From assembly GCA_965287045.1 (NCBI GenBank), contig OZ336870.1, positions 156,178,001 through 156,242,000 on the forward strand: a stretch of DNA of 64,000 bases, written 5' to 3'. This document shows, one piece after another, positions 12,903 to 26,062 of the stretch. The translations under genes and the position numbers were made by a program. The DNA comes from Carcharhinus amblyrhynchos (lineage: Eukaryota). The notes beneath the pieces are model-generated. The model made no database searches and had not been told where the DNA came from. It was given only the letters and a program-made list of their open reading frames with translations. How positions within the stretch are numbered: the stretch's first letter is position 1; every line of letters starts with the position of its first letter.

Positions 12903-13680
12903 CATGGTGAATGTCCTCTCCATCCTCTCTGGTACAATCATATCCTTCCTACAGTGTGGTGACCAAAACTGCACATAGTACTCTAGCTGCGGCTTAACGA
13001 ACGTTGTATGCATCATAACCTCCCTACTCTTATATTCTATGCCAGTATCCCCTATGCATCCTTAACCACTTTATCTACCTGTCCTGCCTTCAGGAATCTT
13101 TGGACATGCATTCCAAGGTCCCACTGGTTCTCTGTAGTTCATAGTATCCTACCATTCATTGTATGTTCTCTTGCGTGTTTCCTTGCCTTGTTAGTCCCCC
13201 AAAAAGGAACCACCTCATACTTTTCAGGGTTAAATTCTATTTGCTACTGTTCTGTCCATCTGATCAATCTACCTATATTGTCCTGTAACCTAAGGCTTGC
13301 CTCCTTGCTATTTACCACACTACTAATTTTCGTGTTATCTTGAATTTGCTGATCACATCTCCCATATTTGCGTCTAGATCATTAATGTACCCGACAGACA
13401 GCAAGGGGACTCAGCACCGATTCCTGTGATACACCACTGGACAAAGGCTTCCAGTCACAAAAAACAACCTTCAACCATTACCCTCTGCCTCTTGCCACTA
13501 AGCCAATTTAGGATCTATTTTGCCAAATTGCCAATGAGCTCTTACCTTCTTGATCAGTTTCCCATGTGGGACCTTGTCAAAAGCCTTGCTGAAGTCCATG
13601 TAGACTATGCCAACTGCATGGCCCTCATCCACATACCTAGTCACCTCCTCAAAAAAATTTGGAGACATGATCTCTCCCTG
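12903..13680 (-). mobile_element. CR1 RT fragment
   Basis: Reverse strand retains VYMDFSKAFDKVPHG, SGV.Q.SVL and YYVQFWSPH remnants. Confidence 0.8.
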
Positions 13681-13759
13681 AAATAATCTCCCTGCTGTTA
13701 TATGCTATGTCTCAGGGTAATGAAGAGGAGTGGACAGTACATCTCACCATAGCTAATAG

Positions 13760-13982
13760 AGCTCTGCCTATAGATGCCCTCCCTACCTATTGATGTGGCA
13801 ATCCGGGGTGGAGGGTTGCAGGTGGCGTCCACTCCAAACTCTGGAGGCCGTCCCAGGCATTGTTCAGCTGAGTCCCGACGTCTGCATGCCACTTTATTCC
13901 AAATGTGTTTCAGACCGGCATGTTTTCTGGCTGGCATCGTGGAGAGTCAGGCACGGATTGGAGATTCCATTTAGGTCTTCAT
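13760..13982. repeat. Unclassified 223-bp element, copy 1
   Basis: Direct, ungapped copy of 15442-15664; 12 mismatches counted by hand. Confidence 0.9.
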
Positions 13983-15441
13983 TATCTTTATGGATAACAG
14001 GATTACTCCACTTTCTCAGTTTTTTGTTTTCAGTTGCTAGAGAATGAGAAGAAGGAACAGTGATAATTTCAGGCAGGAAATGATCACTCAGCCTCCTCCC
14101 ACCACAAGTTACAACTCATCCTAACTCCAGCAGTCAATGCCACTATCCAAAGTTCAACATTCCTATTACCCTTATTACCCCGTCTTTAGCAAGATCCAAT
14201 GACTTCCCATCCCTGTGCACAATCTATAGACAGTGGTCTATTTATCCACTATTGGCAACTGTCCTTCCAATTAACATGTCCTTGCTTGCTGCAAATCCCT
14301 CACCAAATCTCTCCACCTTGTTGCTCCCATCCCAGCCTTCAAAAATCTCCTATAACACAATTCTATTACTGTGCTTTCAGCTCCAACCTCTAACTCCTCT
14401 GGTGTTACTATAGATTTCTGCAATGTTAACTCCTTTGCCTCTTTTTCCCCTCATTCCGTTCAGTTTTCACTCTGCTCTGTAAAGTGCTCTGTAATCATGC
14501 TTTGGCAATGATTAACCAGTGGGGCATGCCTTCTGATTGCCCATACCCTCAACAAAGAGTTAACCATAATTTTGAGATCCCACCATCTCAACCCTCACAC
14601 CCTCACCAACCACCCTCACCCCCACCCCCACCCCAGTCTCATATATATTAGAATGAGAATTGGCAGGACACTATCAGATTTAGTGACCAATATTTAACCT
14701 CCCCTGCCACCAATAAGGTCAGGGCAGGGAGTGGGGAGGAGGGCAGGGGGGAGTTGCTGGGATAAGAATGGTCCAAATTTTTGTTTGGGAGCTCTGAGGA
14801 GTATTCCACTTACCTCCAATTCCTTAAAATAATGTCAAATTTAACCATGCTGGAACTGACCAGAAGAGGCACCACATAAAATCTGCCCAGTTCATAGACA
14901 GAATCCTGGTTTGAATTTTAAAAGGGCCCAGCATCTGCATCGGACAGATACTCTGATTACCTAACAATAAGCCCTTTTGGCCTACCTACACATTATCAGA
15001 GATAATGCAGTTCTGAGGCTAGCAATCCCATGTAACCCCCTCCGCCCCAAACACCAGATGTGATAACTTGAAATCTGTTGCCAAATAGAACCATGGAAAT
15101 GTAAGATGACACTAGGCGGAATTCTCTGAGCTGGGACTAAGTCCCATGGCGGTGGCAGAGACGTGGGGTGTATCCCCCTGCGAGTTTGGTAGGAAACCAT
15201 GCCATTTCTTTTGGCCCCGCTCTCACTAATTATGCAGCCGGGTGTTTTATGTCATATTCTGTGGTGGGATGGGCCTGATGGCACTTAGTCTGTTGTTATT
15301 GTCCAGGTGCCATAATGAAATGGCGCCCAAAGACTGTGATCTACTATAGAAGAAAAGAAGATGGACTTCCTGATAAAGAAGGTGAATCATTGGGAACACT
15401 ATGGCCAGAAGATGGAAATCCTCAATGAGAATAAATCTGGA

Positions 15442-15664
15442 AGCTCTGCCTATAGATGCCCTCCTTACCTATTGATGTGGCAATCCGGGGTGGAGGGTTG
15501 CAGGTGGCATCCACTCCCAACTCTGGAGGCCGTCCTAGGCATTGTTCAGCTGAGTCCCGACGTCTGCATGCCACTTTATTCCAAATGTGTTTCAGACCAG
15601 CATGTTTTCTGGCTGGTGTCGCGGAGAGTCGGGCACGGATGGAAGATTCCATTTAGGCCTTCAT
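15442..15664. repeat. Unclassified 223-bp element, copy 2
   Basis: Direct, ungapped copy of 13760-13982. Confidence 0.9.
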
Positions 15665-15750
15665 CTGCATCCCTACAGCGGGATGGAAATCACATTTATG
15701 CCAGCCACCATGGAGGTTTCCTAATCCACTATGGCGGATGCCAGCAGAAG

Positions 15751-16036
15751 GGGCGGCACGGTGGATAGCACTGCTGCCTCACAGCGCCAGGGACCCGGGT
15801 TCGATTCCCAGCTTGGTGAGGAGTTTGCATGTTCTCCCCGTGTCTGTGTGGGTTTCTTTCGGGTGCTCCGGTTTCCTCCCACACTCCAAAGATGTGCGGG
15901 TCTGGTTGATTGCCCCTTAGTGTTGGGGGGATTAGTTATGGTTATGGGGATAGGGTCTGGGTGGGATTGTGGTCGGTGCAGACTCGATGGGTCGAATGGC
16001 CTCCTTCTGCAGCGTAGAGATTCTATGGTTCTATGA
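15751..16036 (+). mobile_element. HE1-type V-SINE
   Basis: gggcggcacggtgg..agcactgctgcctcacagcgccagggacccgggttcgattccc (A/B boxes), V-domain, CR1-like tail. Confidence 0.9.
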
Positions 16037-16042
16037 AGATAA

Positions 16043-16144
16043 ACACAGTAAGAAGTCTGACAACACCAGGTTTAAGTCCAACCGATTTATTTGATAGACT
16101 TCTTACTGTGTTTACCCCAGTCCAACACCGGCATCTCCACATCA
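16043..16144. mobile_element. Internally deleted Penelope-like palindromic insert
   Basis: cagtaagaagtc...gacttcttactg termini plus the family tail; TSD atgaagataa (16033-16042 / 16145-16154). Confidence 0.75.
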
Positions 16145-16932
16145 ATGAAGATAACACAGATAATTAATGCCAATGTAAAACCAATTATTTGCACTCTGGC
16201 TAAATTCCAAACCCCCCTCCCCACCCCTGCCCAACCAGCCTGCTATTGAACCCTCCTGGGGAGGACATGGGTGCATTCTGCCTACTGCTTTTGGCACTGG
16301 CAGGCGAGTAGCAGCGACTATGTTATCTGAAAGTTGAACTGGGGATCTTTGTGCTTGAAGCAACTCTATTATGCAGTTGTTTACATGCAGATTTGTCAGC
16401 AGATAAAACCAAAACGCCTCTCGCTTCAACTTCAGCGATGACAGATCACTCAACCTTTCCTGCATAATGTAATTCAGTGAAATAGTTATCGTGTATTCCC
16501 TTGGTTGCAGTTTCAAATCACGAGTAAGGAAAGGTTCAGCTTACTGTCACTGGTATGCTGAACCTGTCAGAGTTTGATCAGTAGCTTGTAGAAAAAAACC
16601 ATTAGTTTTAGCTAATAATGCTGCCATGAGATCCTTATGAGTCCCTTTATAACTGCCTTCCAAATTGTAAATGCTTCCTGCACAAACAGCTGTGTCTTCC
16701 TGTAGTGTCATTAATTTATAGATATAAATAGGACCAAGCTAAAAATATTTACTGAGATTTTCCCAGTTAGGTAGGGTGGGAGCAGAAGGTGGAAGGTACT
16801 CCCAATCTCTCTGCAGACTGCATTAATGTACCAGATTGGATTTTCTTTTATGTCAGTTAATAGATTCCCACTTCAGTTTTGTCATAATGACACACTAGAA
16901 GCAATTTGTGCCCATACATCACATATCTTCTT

Positions 16933-17215
16933 CACGGTGGCACAGTGATTAGCACTGCTGCCTCACAATGCCAGGGACCCGGATTCAATTCCCAGCTTGT
17001 GTCACTGTCTGTTTAGAGTCTGCATGTTCTCCCCCATGTCTTTGTGGGTTTCCTCCAGGTGCTTCGGTTTCCTCCCACAGTCTGAAAGACATGCTGGTTA
17101 GGTGTCTTGACTCGAACTGGCACCAGAGTGTGGCAACTTCGAGAATTTGACAGTAACTTCATTGCAGTGTTTATGTAAGCCTTACTTGGGACTAACAAAT
17201 AAACTTCAACTTTGC
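16933..17215 (+). mobile_element. V-SINE with alternative (non-CR1) tail
   Basis: Same head and V-domain as HE1; tail cagtaacttcattgcagtgtt.atgtaagcc.tacttg...aataaactt. Confidence 0.85.
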
Positions 17216-17986
17216 TTTACAATGTCATGACCGTAGTTGTTATGTCCTTATAACAATGGGCTGTCATATATTTTTCTGAAATAAGAAAATTAACTGCAGC
17301 AATCTAATTACCGGGCCTCCCATTTCTATGAGGATTTCAATACAGCCCCGCTGCTCATAGTTGGTGTGAACACGCTTATCCCAAAGTAAGTGTTGGACGG
17401 TGAAATCATAAAGATTTATCATCAGTGCTACCAATAACAGTCCCCACTATTTACGAAGCCTCACATGAAGAGGTCCCCAGAGTAATTTAACAGCATTGCC
17501 TTTTTTCAGGATTTCAGTAATGAATTGAAGACTGTCCAAGACAGGAATGATCCAAATTCAATCCCTGAGCCAAAACACTGATCCATCTTTCTAAGACAGA
17601 GAAAATGGGATCAAAGAAAACAACGGACTGGATTCCAGTTCGACCCCCATGATTACTAACTGATTTGAACAACCTTAGTTGCAGCATCTTTTTCTCTAAT
17701 CTCTGTTTATTGAACAGAAACTTAATGAATGGGACCTGTCCACACGTCCCTTTTAAATAGACACAGACAGTGCCCAAAATAGCAAGCAGGTTTAACATGT
17801 TATATGTGGCATCTTTGCAGTTGACTCCATTGCTTTTGGCAAATGCATAGCAATATTTGTATTTCATTAAACATGATGGAAATGATTATCTAAATCTGTC
17901 AGCTTTTATCAAGATTTGAAAAGGATGCTAAAATAACAAAAAGGCTATAAAGTAATATTTATACCACACAAGTCATACAACGAATT

Positions 17987-18300
17987 ATAGAAAGCCTACA
18001 ATGCAGAAAGAGGCCATTCAGCCCATCGAGTCTGCACCGACAACAATCCCACCCAGACCTATCCCTGTTTCCCTACATATTTACTCACTAATCCCTTTAA
18101 CCCATGTATCCAGGGACACCAAGGGGTGATTTAGCTTGGCCAATCAATTTCTTTGGACTGTGGGAGAAACCGGAGCACCTGCAGGAAACCCACATAGACA
18201 CGGGGAGAATATACAAACCCCACATAGACAGTGACCCAAGCCAAACCCAGGTCCCTGGAGCTGTCAAGCGGCAGTGCTAACCACTGCTACTGTGCTGCCC
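17987..18300 (-). mobile_element. HE1-type V-SINE
   Basis: Reverse complement carries head, V-domain and CR1-like tail. Confidence 0.85.
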
Positions 18301-18831
18301 CTTTGCAAAAGTGCTTTGCAAAACTATTTCCAACAAGAGGGAGTCTAACTCTTGATATTCAGTGGCATTATCATCATTGAATCCTCCACTGTCAATATCC
18401 TGGGTTCACCATTCACCAAAAATTTAACAAGACCAACCTCATAAATACTGCGGCTGCAAGAGCAGGTGTAGATTGGGAATTTTATGGTAGGCCACTCATC
18501 TCCTAACTAGGGTGGCCTTGTGGCACAGTGGTAGCATTCGCACCTCTGAACCAGAAGCTTCGGGTTTCAGTCCACTTGTTGGCCACAGAAGGAACATTCA
18601 TAACGCTGTCTGACGGGCAGATAATCAGTTCATGAATCCTTCCATCGCTTCCCCACTATCCTCTAAAGGGTAAAAAACAACGTGGATGTGAAGATACACA
18701 TCAAAAAAAACTCTTAACTCGCCAAAGCCTTTCCACCTCCTTAAACATTCACTGTCACAGCTCTCACAGTTGTAGAACTGTGAGCAACTCACCCAGACTC
18801 CATCGACGCATCTTCCAAACCTGCAACCTCT

Positions 18832-19130
18832 AGGGTGGCACAGTGGTTAGCACTGCTGCCTCAACAGCACTAGGGTCCCGGTTTTATTCCCAGCTTGGGT
18901 CACATTCTGTGTGGAGTTTGCACGTTTTCTCCGTGTCTGCATGGGTTTTCTCCAGTGCTCCAGTTTCCTCCCACAGTCTGAAAGACATGCTGGTTAGGTG
19001 CATTGGCTATGCAAAATTCTCCCTCCGTGTACCCGAACAAGAACCGGAGTGTGGCGGCTAGGGGATTTTCACAGTAACTTCATTGTGATATTAATGTGAG
19101 CCTACTTGTGACACTAATAAATAAACTTCA
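18832..19130 (+). mobile_element. V-SINE with alternative tail
   Basis: gggtggcacagtggttagcactgctgcc head, V-domain, ggggattttcacagtaacttcattg...gtgacactaataaataaac tail. Confidence 0.85.
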
Positions 19131-19269
19131 AAGAAGGACACGAGCAGCAGGTGCATGGGAACACCACCAGATCTGGCTGATCCTTCATTGTTGTTGTCAG
19201 TCATATCTCAGTTGCTGGCACTTCTCATTGGGAATTAAGGATGGGCAGCAAATGCTAGCCTAGCCAGTG

Positions 19270-19359
19270 GGAACAGTAAGAAGTTTTAAGTCCAACCTGG
19301 TGCTGTAAGACTTCTTACTGTGTTTACCCCAGTCCAACACCGGCATCTCCACATCATGG
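19270..19359. mobile_element. Minimal (90 bp) Penelope-like insert
   Basis: acagtaagaagt...acttcttactgt plus the family tail; TSD ctagccagtg (19260-19269 / 19360-19369). Confidence 0.75.
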
Positions 19360-19414
19360 CTAGCCAGTGAGGCCCATGAAAGAATAAATAAAAAATCTAC
19401 TACCTGTCACTCAC

Positions 19415-19785
19415 CAAGGTTCTGGGTTCAAGTCCCAATATAAGACTTGAGCACAGAAAATCTACACTGGCGCTCCTGAGATGTACTGAGAGAGTGCTCC
19501 ACTGCTTTGCACTCTTTCAGAGATGTTAGTAAACTGAGTACCAAGCAGAGAAGGTGAGTTATACCTGTTGTCCAGGTCATTATTTATCCCTCGATCAATA
19601 TAAAAAATACAGGGTATCTGGTTGGTTTATGGGGACTTGCAATTTGCTGTGCACAAATTAGCTCCGCTTTTCCCTTGGAACAGCGGTGCCTACACTTCAG
19701 TGGTACTTCATTGGCTGTAAAGCACTTTAGAATGTTCGGTGGTTGTGATAATGCAATATAAAATGTGAAAATGTATTTTTTATTT
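19415..19785 (+). mobile_element. DeuSINE (SacSINE1-like)
   Basis: ggttcaagtccc B box; ttgctgtgcacaaattagct...tacacttca..gtacttcattggctgtaaagcacttt...aatatataaatg, Deu-domain with L2-type tail. Confidence 0.65.
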
Positions 19786-20718
19786 TTCTGAGACAAAATC
19801 TTGGAATATCTTTGTCATGCCTACTACATCTATTCAAGAAAATAGCTTACCAACAGCTTCTAAAGGGAAACTAGAGTGGGAAATAAATGCTGGTCTTACC
19901 AATAGTTCTCACATCAGTATGTTGATAACCTGAAGGAAAGGCTCTTGGAGAAAGCATGTAATCGCCATCTGTTTTCATAGGTATCGCATGATGGTCAGCT
20001 CTCAGTTCAGGACAGTGCAGGGATCTTAAAACAAAAAAGAAAAAGGAAATTAAAAGATGGGGGACAGAATTTTATGAAAAAGCTTCTAAGTGCCAAATGA
20101 ATGTGAAAATGAGAGAGCGCTCCCAGTCCCGATTGTAGGGCGCTTGGTTAAAAAAAAGACCAGATGCAATTGTCACCAGTGTGGGGGGGGTGAGGGGGGA
20201 GGAGTGGGGGATGGGGTGCAGAGCTAAATTTCGCTGGTGAAGCCAGCTGCTGAGCTCTTGGGGCGCCTTTGCGAAGGTGCCCCGATTTCCCAGTACATTG
20301 GAAAATCTTGTGCCAAACAACTCCCGCCCCTCCCAACCTCCCAAACCTGTATGACCATGTCCTACCACCATCCCTCCTCCCTAGCTGATCACCACACCGG
20401 CAAACTTCCTCTCACACCCCCTCTCCGATTGCTGCTCCTGAGGTGTTACCCCACTGGCTCCATTCCCCAGTCACCACCCCTGAACCCACCACTGGCTGCA
20501 TTACTGTGTATAACCAAAATGTACTGTTGGCACTTGCAATTGATCAGCATCAGGAATGGAGTGGCCTGTCAGCCTGCCGCTACAGGATATAACAAAGTGC
20601 CTTTGCAGATGCTGGTCTGTATAATCCCAATCAGATTGATAAAGTCACAAATTAAAAACTGTCATGCTAATTAAGCATGCAACTGTTTTGTCGCACTATA
20701 GGCTCTGCCCTGTAAAGT

Positions 20719-21034
20719 CATAGAATCGTAGAATCCATATAATGCAGAAGGAGGCTATTCGGCTCATCCAACCTCCATCAACAACAATCCCACCCAGGCC
20801 GTATCCTCATAGTACCACATATTTACCCTATTAATCCCCTTGACACTGAGAAGCAATTTTGCATGGCCAATCAACCTAAACCGCACATCTTTGGACTGTG
20901 GGAGGAAATTGGGGCACCCGGAGGATACCCACACAGACAAGGGTAGAACATGCAAACTCCACACAGACAGTGACGAGAGGGTAGAGTTGAACCCAGGTCC
21001 CTAGTGCTGTGAGGCAGCAGTGCTAACCACTGCC
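20719..21034 (-). mobile_element. HE1-type V-SINE
   Basis: Reverse complement head (gtggttagcactgctgcctcacagcact), V-domain and CR1-like tail. Confidence 0.85.
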
Positions 21035-24000
21035 AATTTGACAGCAAGGAAACTGAGTTACATTATGAATTAAAATATAAATTGGATGTATGCATTTAAC
21101 AAGGCTTCTCAATTTCTTTTCTATCACTCCATTTGGTTGATTCAAGTGTCCACAAGCTCAAATACTTTGTGTTTTGTTCCCATTCTATAGTATCTTTGTC
21201 AATCAATAAAGGCAAAAGCAGCTTAAAAGCAATTAATATCTATGTTACTCTCATCCAAATGCTGCAGCTTTACACATCCTTTCAAGGTCTATTGAAATGG
21301 CTAGAGTCTCACAGAAGCCTGCCAAGAGACTAATAATGTAGCCATGATGCAATAATAATAGCAGGCCATATGATCCTTCTGTGAAGAAATGAGATGCTAT
21401 TATTCCCTGTACCCATTAAAGTATCTTCAGTTCCTCCTGATAATTGTGTGGTTATAAAGTTCAAAGTGTTTCAGATGGTTCAGTTACAATCTCTAATCAA
21501 CAGAGCTTTTGGAGAGACAAGGGAAAAAATCTAAAACATCAAATATGACAGCTGCTTTTAGCGTCCTTATTCTTAATTCATGTAATAAACACAAACTTAT
21601 TTGCTTCCATTTGTTATTATTACAGAGAGTGTGAGCTGACAAATGCTTGCTCTTTGAGGCATTTGAAGACTGTCCAGTAATCTTTTCTTTTGCCATGCAA
21701 CAATTAGCACACTGGCTGCTTTCATCAGACCCAATTTGAATAGGTTTCTGTCTCAGTAAGAAGTAATTGAGATAATATTTGAAAGAAATGAACTAAAAAA
21801 ATTCATCAGAAAAAATGTTACAGAGACAGAATATTTTTAAATGCATTGCAGGGAATGCTTTAATTTCACAATGGCTCGAGTCAGCGACCTGAATGTTTGG
21901 TTATAAGGTGCAATTGACTGTTAAACTTCAGTTGCACTGAAAGTTCTGTATCTGGTGCAACCAGTAACTGGAAATGTGGTAAAGACAAACTAAGATCAAA
22001 GCAATTGTCAACATAACTGGGTTAATGCTATCAGTAAAACAGCAGAGAAAATAAATGTCATACAGACACAGGTGTATTTGTTACTATTATAACTGGAAGG
22101 TCAGGTTATATGGCTTTTAATTTGTTATAATTGTTCTTTGGGTGTGAGCTTCACTGATATTTATTGTCTATTCCTACGGTGATGAGTTGCCTTCTTGGAT
22201 AGCTTGTGTAGGTATACCCACAGTGATACAACTGTGTTGCTTGGTAGGCCATTTTGGAGGGTAGGAAAGTACGAGTCAACCACATTGCCATGGGGGCGGA
22301 GTCGCATATAGTCAAACTGGAAAAGAACGACAATTTCCCTTCCCTGATGGGCATCAGTAAACCAGAAAAGTTTATATGACAATCTAGTCATGATCATTAT
22401 TAATGAGACTATCATTTTATTCCAGATTTATTAATCCCCTCCAGTGTTATGATGGGTATCTCTGGAACCTGTAGTTTACTGACCTGCAACATTACCATTG
22501 TTCTACCATTCCCCTATGTATGTAAATATAAATTCCATTGAGATTCAGGGTGGGCCTCACTCGTCCCGAAACTGTAAAATCTTGCCTGAGATTAAAGGAC
22601 CTTTGCATGGTTGGCTCCTCACCTGCTCTGATTCCTGTTGTGGTCAGGACGGTAAAATTCCATCTGCAGAGTTTGTTCCAGGGAGGGGGAAGGTGGAAAT
22701 TGAAACAGGTAAGCATCCACTTATCATCAAGGGTGTGATAATACTGTCACTTTATCTCAGTTTTGATAAGTTCTATTGAATGCAAGTGCGTATTTTGTTA
22801 TAAGAGCAAACATGTGGTAGTGTTAACAACTGCAAGTGTAGGCATGCTGCTACACCTGTGGAGGGGTGGACTGAGTAAAAAAACTGTTCACTTTATTGAT
22901 TATTTACTCAGCTATTTTTCAGAGCTATGCACAGTATTCACAATAATATTTCAGAAGATACACAGGCTTTGTGATTTATGATCACAAATAGGCTAGTTAC
23001 ATTGTTCATTATGTGTCAATGTGAAGCAATTTCGGCTTTGAATTGATGTAAAATGTACAATGCCAGTGCAAAATCAGCTACCTCCCACTTAGACACCACT
23101 TTGACCTCGCACCCTCTGCAGTATATCCACAGGTATTGTGAAGCCAATTTTTTTAAAGCTCCCAGATGATCCAATCAGCACTCAGAGTGTTTGATAATTT
23201 TCACCTGAGTATGCCATCTGTTGTTTGCTAAGTGAAGATAGATCTATTTGAATGCATGTGAAATCTTATGCACCTTAATGAAAGGATGCACCCGCAAAGC
23301 TCTGGCTCTCCTGGGTCAGAATGCAATGCCAAGCCAGCAGTGTAACTTGAGTCTGCCAAGTTCCATATTACTTGAAGCATATTTCAAACTGAGGTCTGTA
23401 AGAAACGCACATATGTTCTCGTTTTATTCCACATTTGGACTGCTGGTAGCAAATTTTACAGCCTCAGGATTCCAGAAAGCCCGACTAGTAGAAAATATGA
23501 TTGTAATAGCAAAGACAAAGTCAATACTTTTTTTCAATTTAACTGGAATTTTAAAAACTATTTTTGTTCTCACTCAAATATGGGAAGCAATTAAACAGTG
23601 CAATAAAAGGCAAATAGCCAATTCCTTTCTAATTCATCTGATATCCTGCGAGGTCCAATGTCATTTTGCTTCAGGAACAAAGAAGAGGAATTACTGGCAA
23701 AAGTTAATAAGATCACATAACATGGCAGCAGAGGATTACAATAATTCAATCTTGGGGTTTGGATGACTAACAAATAACTTGAACTTTGATTCGGCTTGTT
23801 ATGAATCATTTTAGCTGTTCAATTTGGTCGCTACTTGTATTTCAGATGGAATCTTGAGTCACAAAATAATAGGTCAAATGAAATATACCCCTCAGCCAAG
23901 GTGAATACAGCTTAACTGTGTCCCCATATAATACAAGGACCAAATACTGTGGGTGTTGAAAATCTGAAATATTAATCCTGTAAATACACAACAGGTCAGC

Positions 24001-25059
24001 ATCTATAAAGAAAGAATCAAAACAAATGTTTGAGTTGATGATCTGAACCTTGATATCACTCTGAACAGATACTGCCAGACCAGCTGAGCAATTCCAACAT
24101 TTTCTGTCTGTATTCCAATACAAAGCAAGTTTTTTTGGTAATGCAAGCCATGGATTTTCATCGCAGCTTTTTTAAAATCATTGTCAACTATTCAAATTTC
24201 CCAATACTATGTCAGAACAGTCAGTCCATGGATAGCATTATCCACAGTAAAGAATCCAGCTTTGTAAAATCATTATCACAAATTTATTGAGTCACAATTT
24301 CTGCTGATAATCATGAAATGCCATGTGCAGTCTTGGGTTGATATAGATTTAGAGGACAGAGAATAATTAGATCTGCGTGCACAATCAATATTCAGGCCCC
24401 CTTTTTAGAATTAAAAGTTTCGTCCTTGTACCTTTGATGATAAACTCTTACATTCACATCTATAATGGAAACCGCCTATGTAAACTTTACAAATTGCAAT
24501 TAGATTTTCCCACTTTTAGTGGTACTGCAGCACCTTCACTGGTAGGGAAATGTAATTACAGTGCAGCATGTTGACTTGAGTAGATTCCGTTACAAATTTG
24601 GATATTGGAATTTCTACTCGATCAATAATTGGATGTGTGTGTAAACTTATGGTTTTATATAAATATATTTATGGTATTGTTCATGGTGAGTCAGAAGTTT
24701 TGTTGTTCTATAGCAGTAGGGGTGTTTAGGCCATCAGCATATCAGGATCAATGATTACTGAGTACATCAATGTCTATTTTTATTGAAATCTATGCTGGGC
24801 ATTTTACTGGAGTTTTAATGAAAGAAGTTTATAACTTTGAATATTATGATTTGAAAACTACAAATGAGGAATTGAGGACTCTGTTGTTTAATATATTCTG
24901 TCTGTTTTTATTTGAAAACTGCAAATTAGGAGCCTTTATTGTTTAAAATATTCCTTTTCATATATCTTTTTATTTGTTCCTCATCTCTCTCAGGGATTGA
25001 ATGCATTGCAGATGAGTCAGTATGTGTATTGTATTTTAATATAGTTCATTGCCAATCTG

Positions 25060-25170
25060 TCTGCCTGCCTCTCACCCTCTTCCTGCCTCTCTCCCTCTTC
25101 CTTTATGTTTTTCTCTTTCTCCCTCTTTCACCATCTATCTCTCTCTCTTTCTCTCTGACCATCTCTCACA
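25060..25170. repeat. CT-rich low-complexity tract
   Basis: ctctcaccctcttcctgcctctctccctc...ctctctctttctctctg. Confidence 0.7.
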
Positions 25171-25624
25171 GCTATAAGAACATGTCAACATTCTCATGAA
25201 AACAAGATTCAAAATGTAACTATTTTAATTTGAAAATAATCCCAAAATGAAGAGGAAAAACATGAACTGGAGGAGATGTGAAACAGGAAATTAACCTTTC
25301 AGGACATTTGGACAAGAAGTGGGTTAAATTTTTAAAAATAGGAAATCCATCTACAATTTCCCTATTTGCGTTTAACTTAGGGAGGTTGGAGATTGGGTCA
25401 ATATCTTTCTCTTTTAAGAGTGAGGTAGGAAGGGGCAATGTGGTGTCGTCAATTCCAATATAGGAATGAGCTTGCAAGCCTCAAACTTTAGCAGCCGTAC
25501 GGTTGTGAGCTGGATTTCCCAAAACCACGGAAGCCCAAAAATTAAAAGCTTGCAAAAACAACCTGATCCAACAACTAATTTTCTAACCAGAGCTGTCTGT
25601 CAGTCAGGAGAAGCAAACTAATCT

Positions 25625-26062
25625 GATGCTTTGGAGCGGATACAGAAGAGATTTACCAGGATGTTGCCTGGTCTGGAGGGTATTAGCTATGAGGCGAGGT
25701 TGGATAAACTCAGTTTGTTGGAACGATGGAAGTTGAGGGGCGACCTGATAGAGGTTTACAAGATTATAAGTGACATGGATAGAGTGGGTAGTCAGATGCT
25801 CTTTCCTAGGGTAGAAAAGTCAAGTACTAGGGGATATAAGTTTGAGGTGAGTGGGAAAAGTTTAGAGAAGATGTGAGAGGCAAGTTTTTTTTACATAGAG
25901 GGTGGTGAATGTCTGGAATGTGCTGGTGGGAAAAGTGGCATTTAAGGGGCATCTAGATGACTACATGAATAGGATGGGAATGGGTGCATACAGTTTTAGT
26001 TTAGACAGACATCATGATCGGCGCAGGCTTGGAGGGCCGGAGGGCTTGTTCCTGTGCTGTAC
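25625..26062 (+). mobile_element. CR1 3' fragment
   Basis: ERIQKRFTRMLPGLEG.SYE.RL..L..LE...LRGDLIEVYKI; tail gggccggagggcttgttcctgtgctgta. Confidence 0.9.

Larger units (their letters stand above)
18340..19390 (+). mobile_element. Decayed L2/CR1-group LINE 3' region with nested SINEs (~18510-18710, 18832-19130) and a Penelope-like insert
   Basis: Remnant ILG.TI.QKL..T..IN..AARAG; 3' end ggaattaaggatgggcagcaaatgct...gaataaataaaaa. Confidence 0.5.

Noticed and set aside
15751-15810. tRNA-like sequence with A/B boxes, also in other SINE heads
   Set aside because: Continues into V-domain and LINE-derived tail, so it is a SINE head and not a tRNA gene
23248-23766. 172-aa ORF in intron
   Set aside because: TTG start, no recognisable domain, AT-rich intron composition; probably a chance ORF
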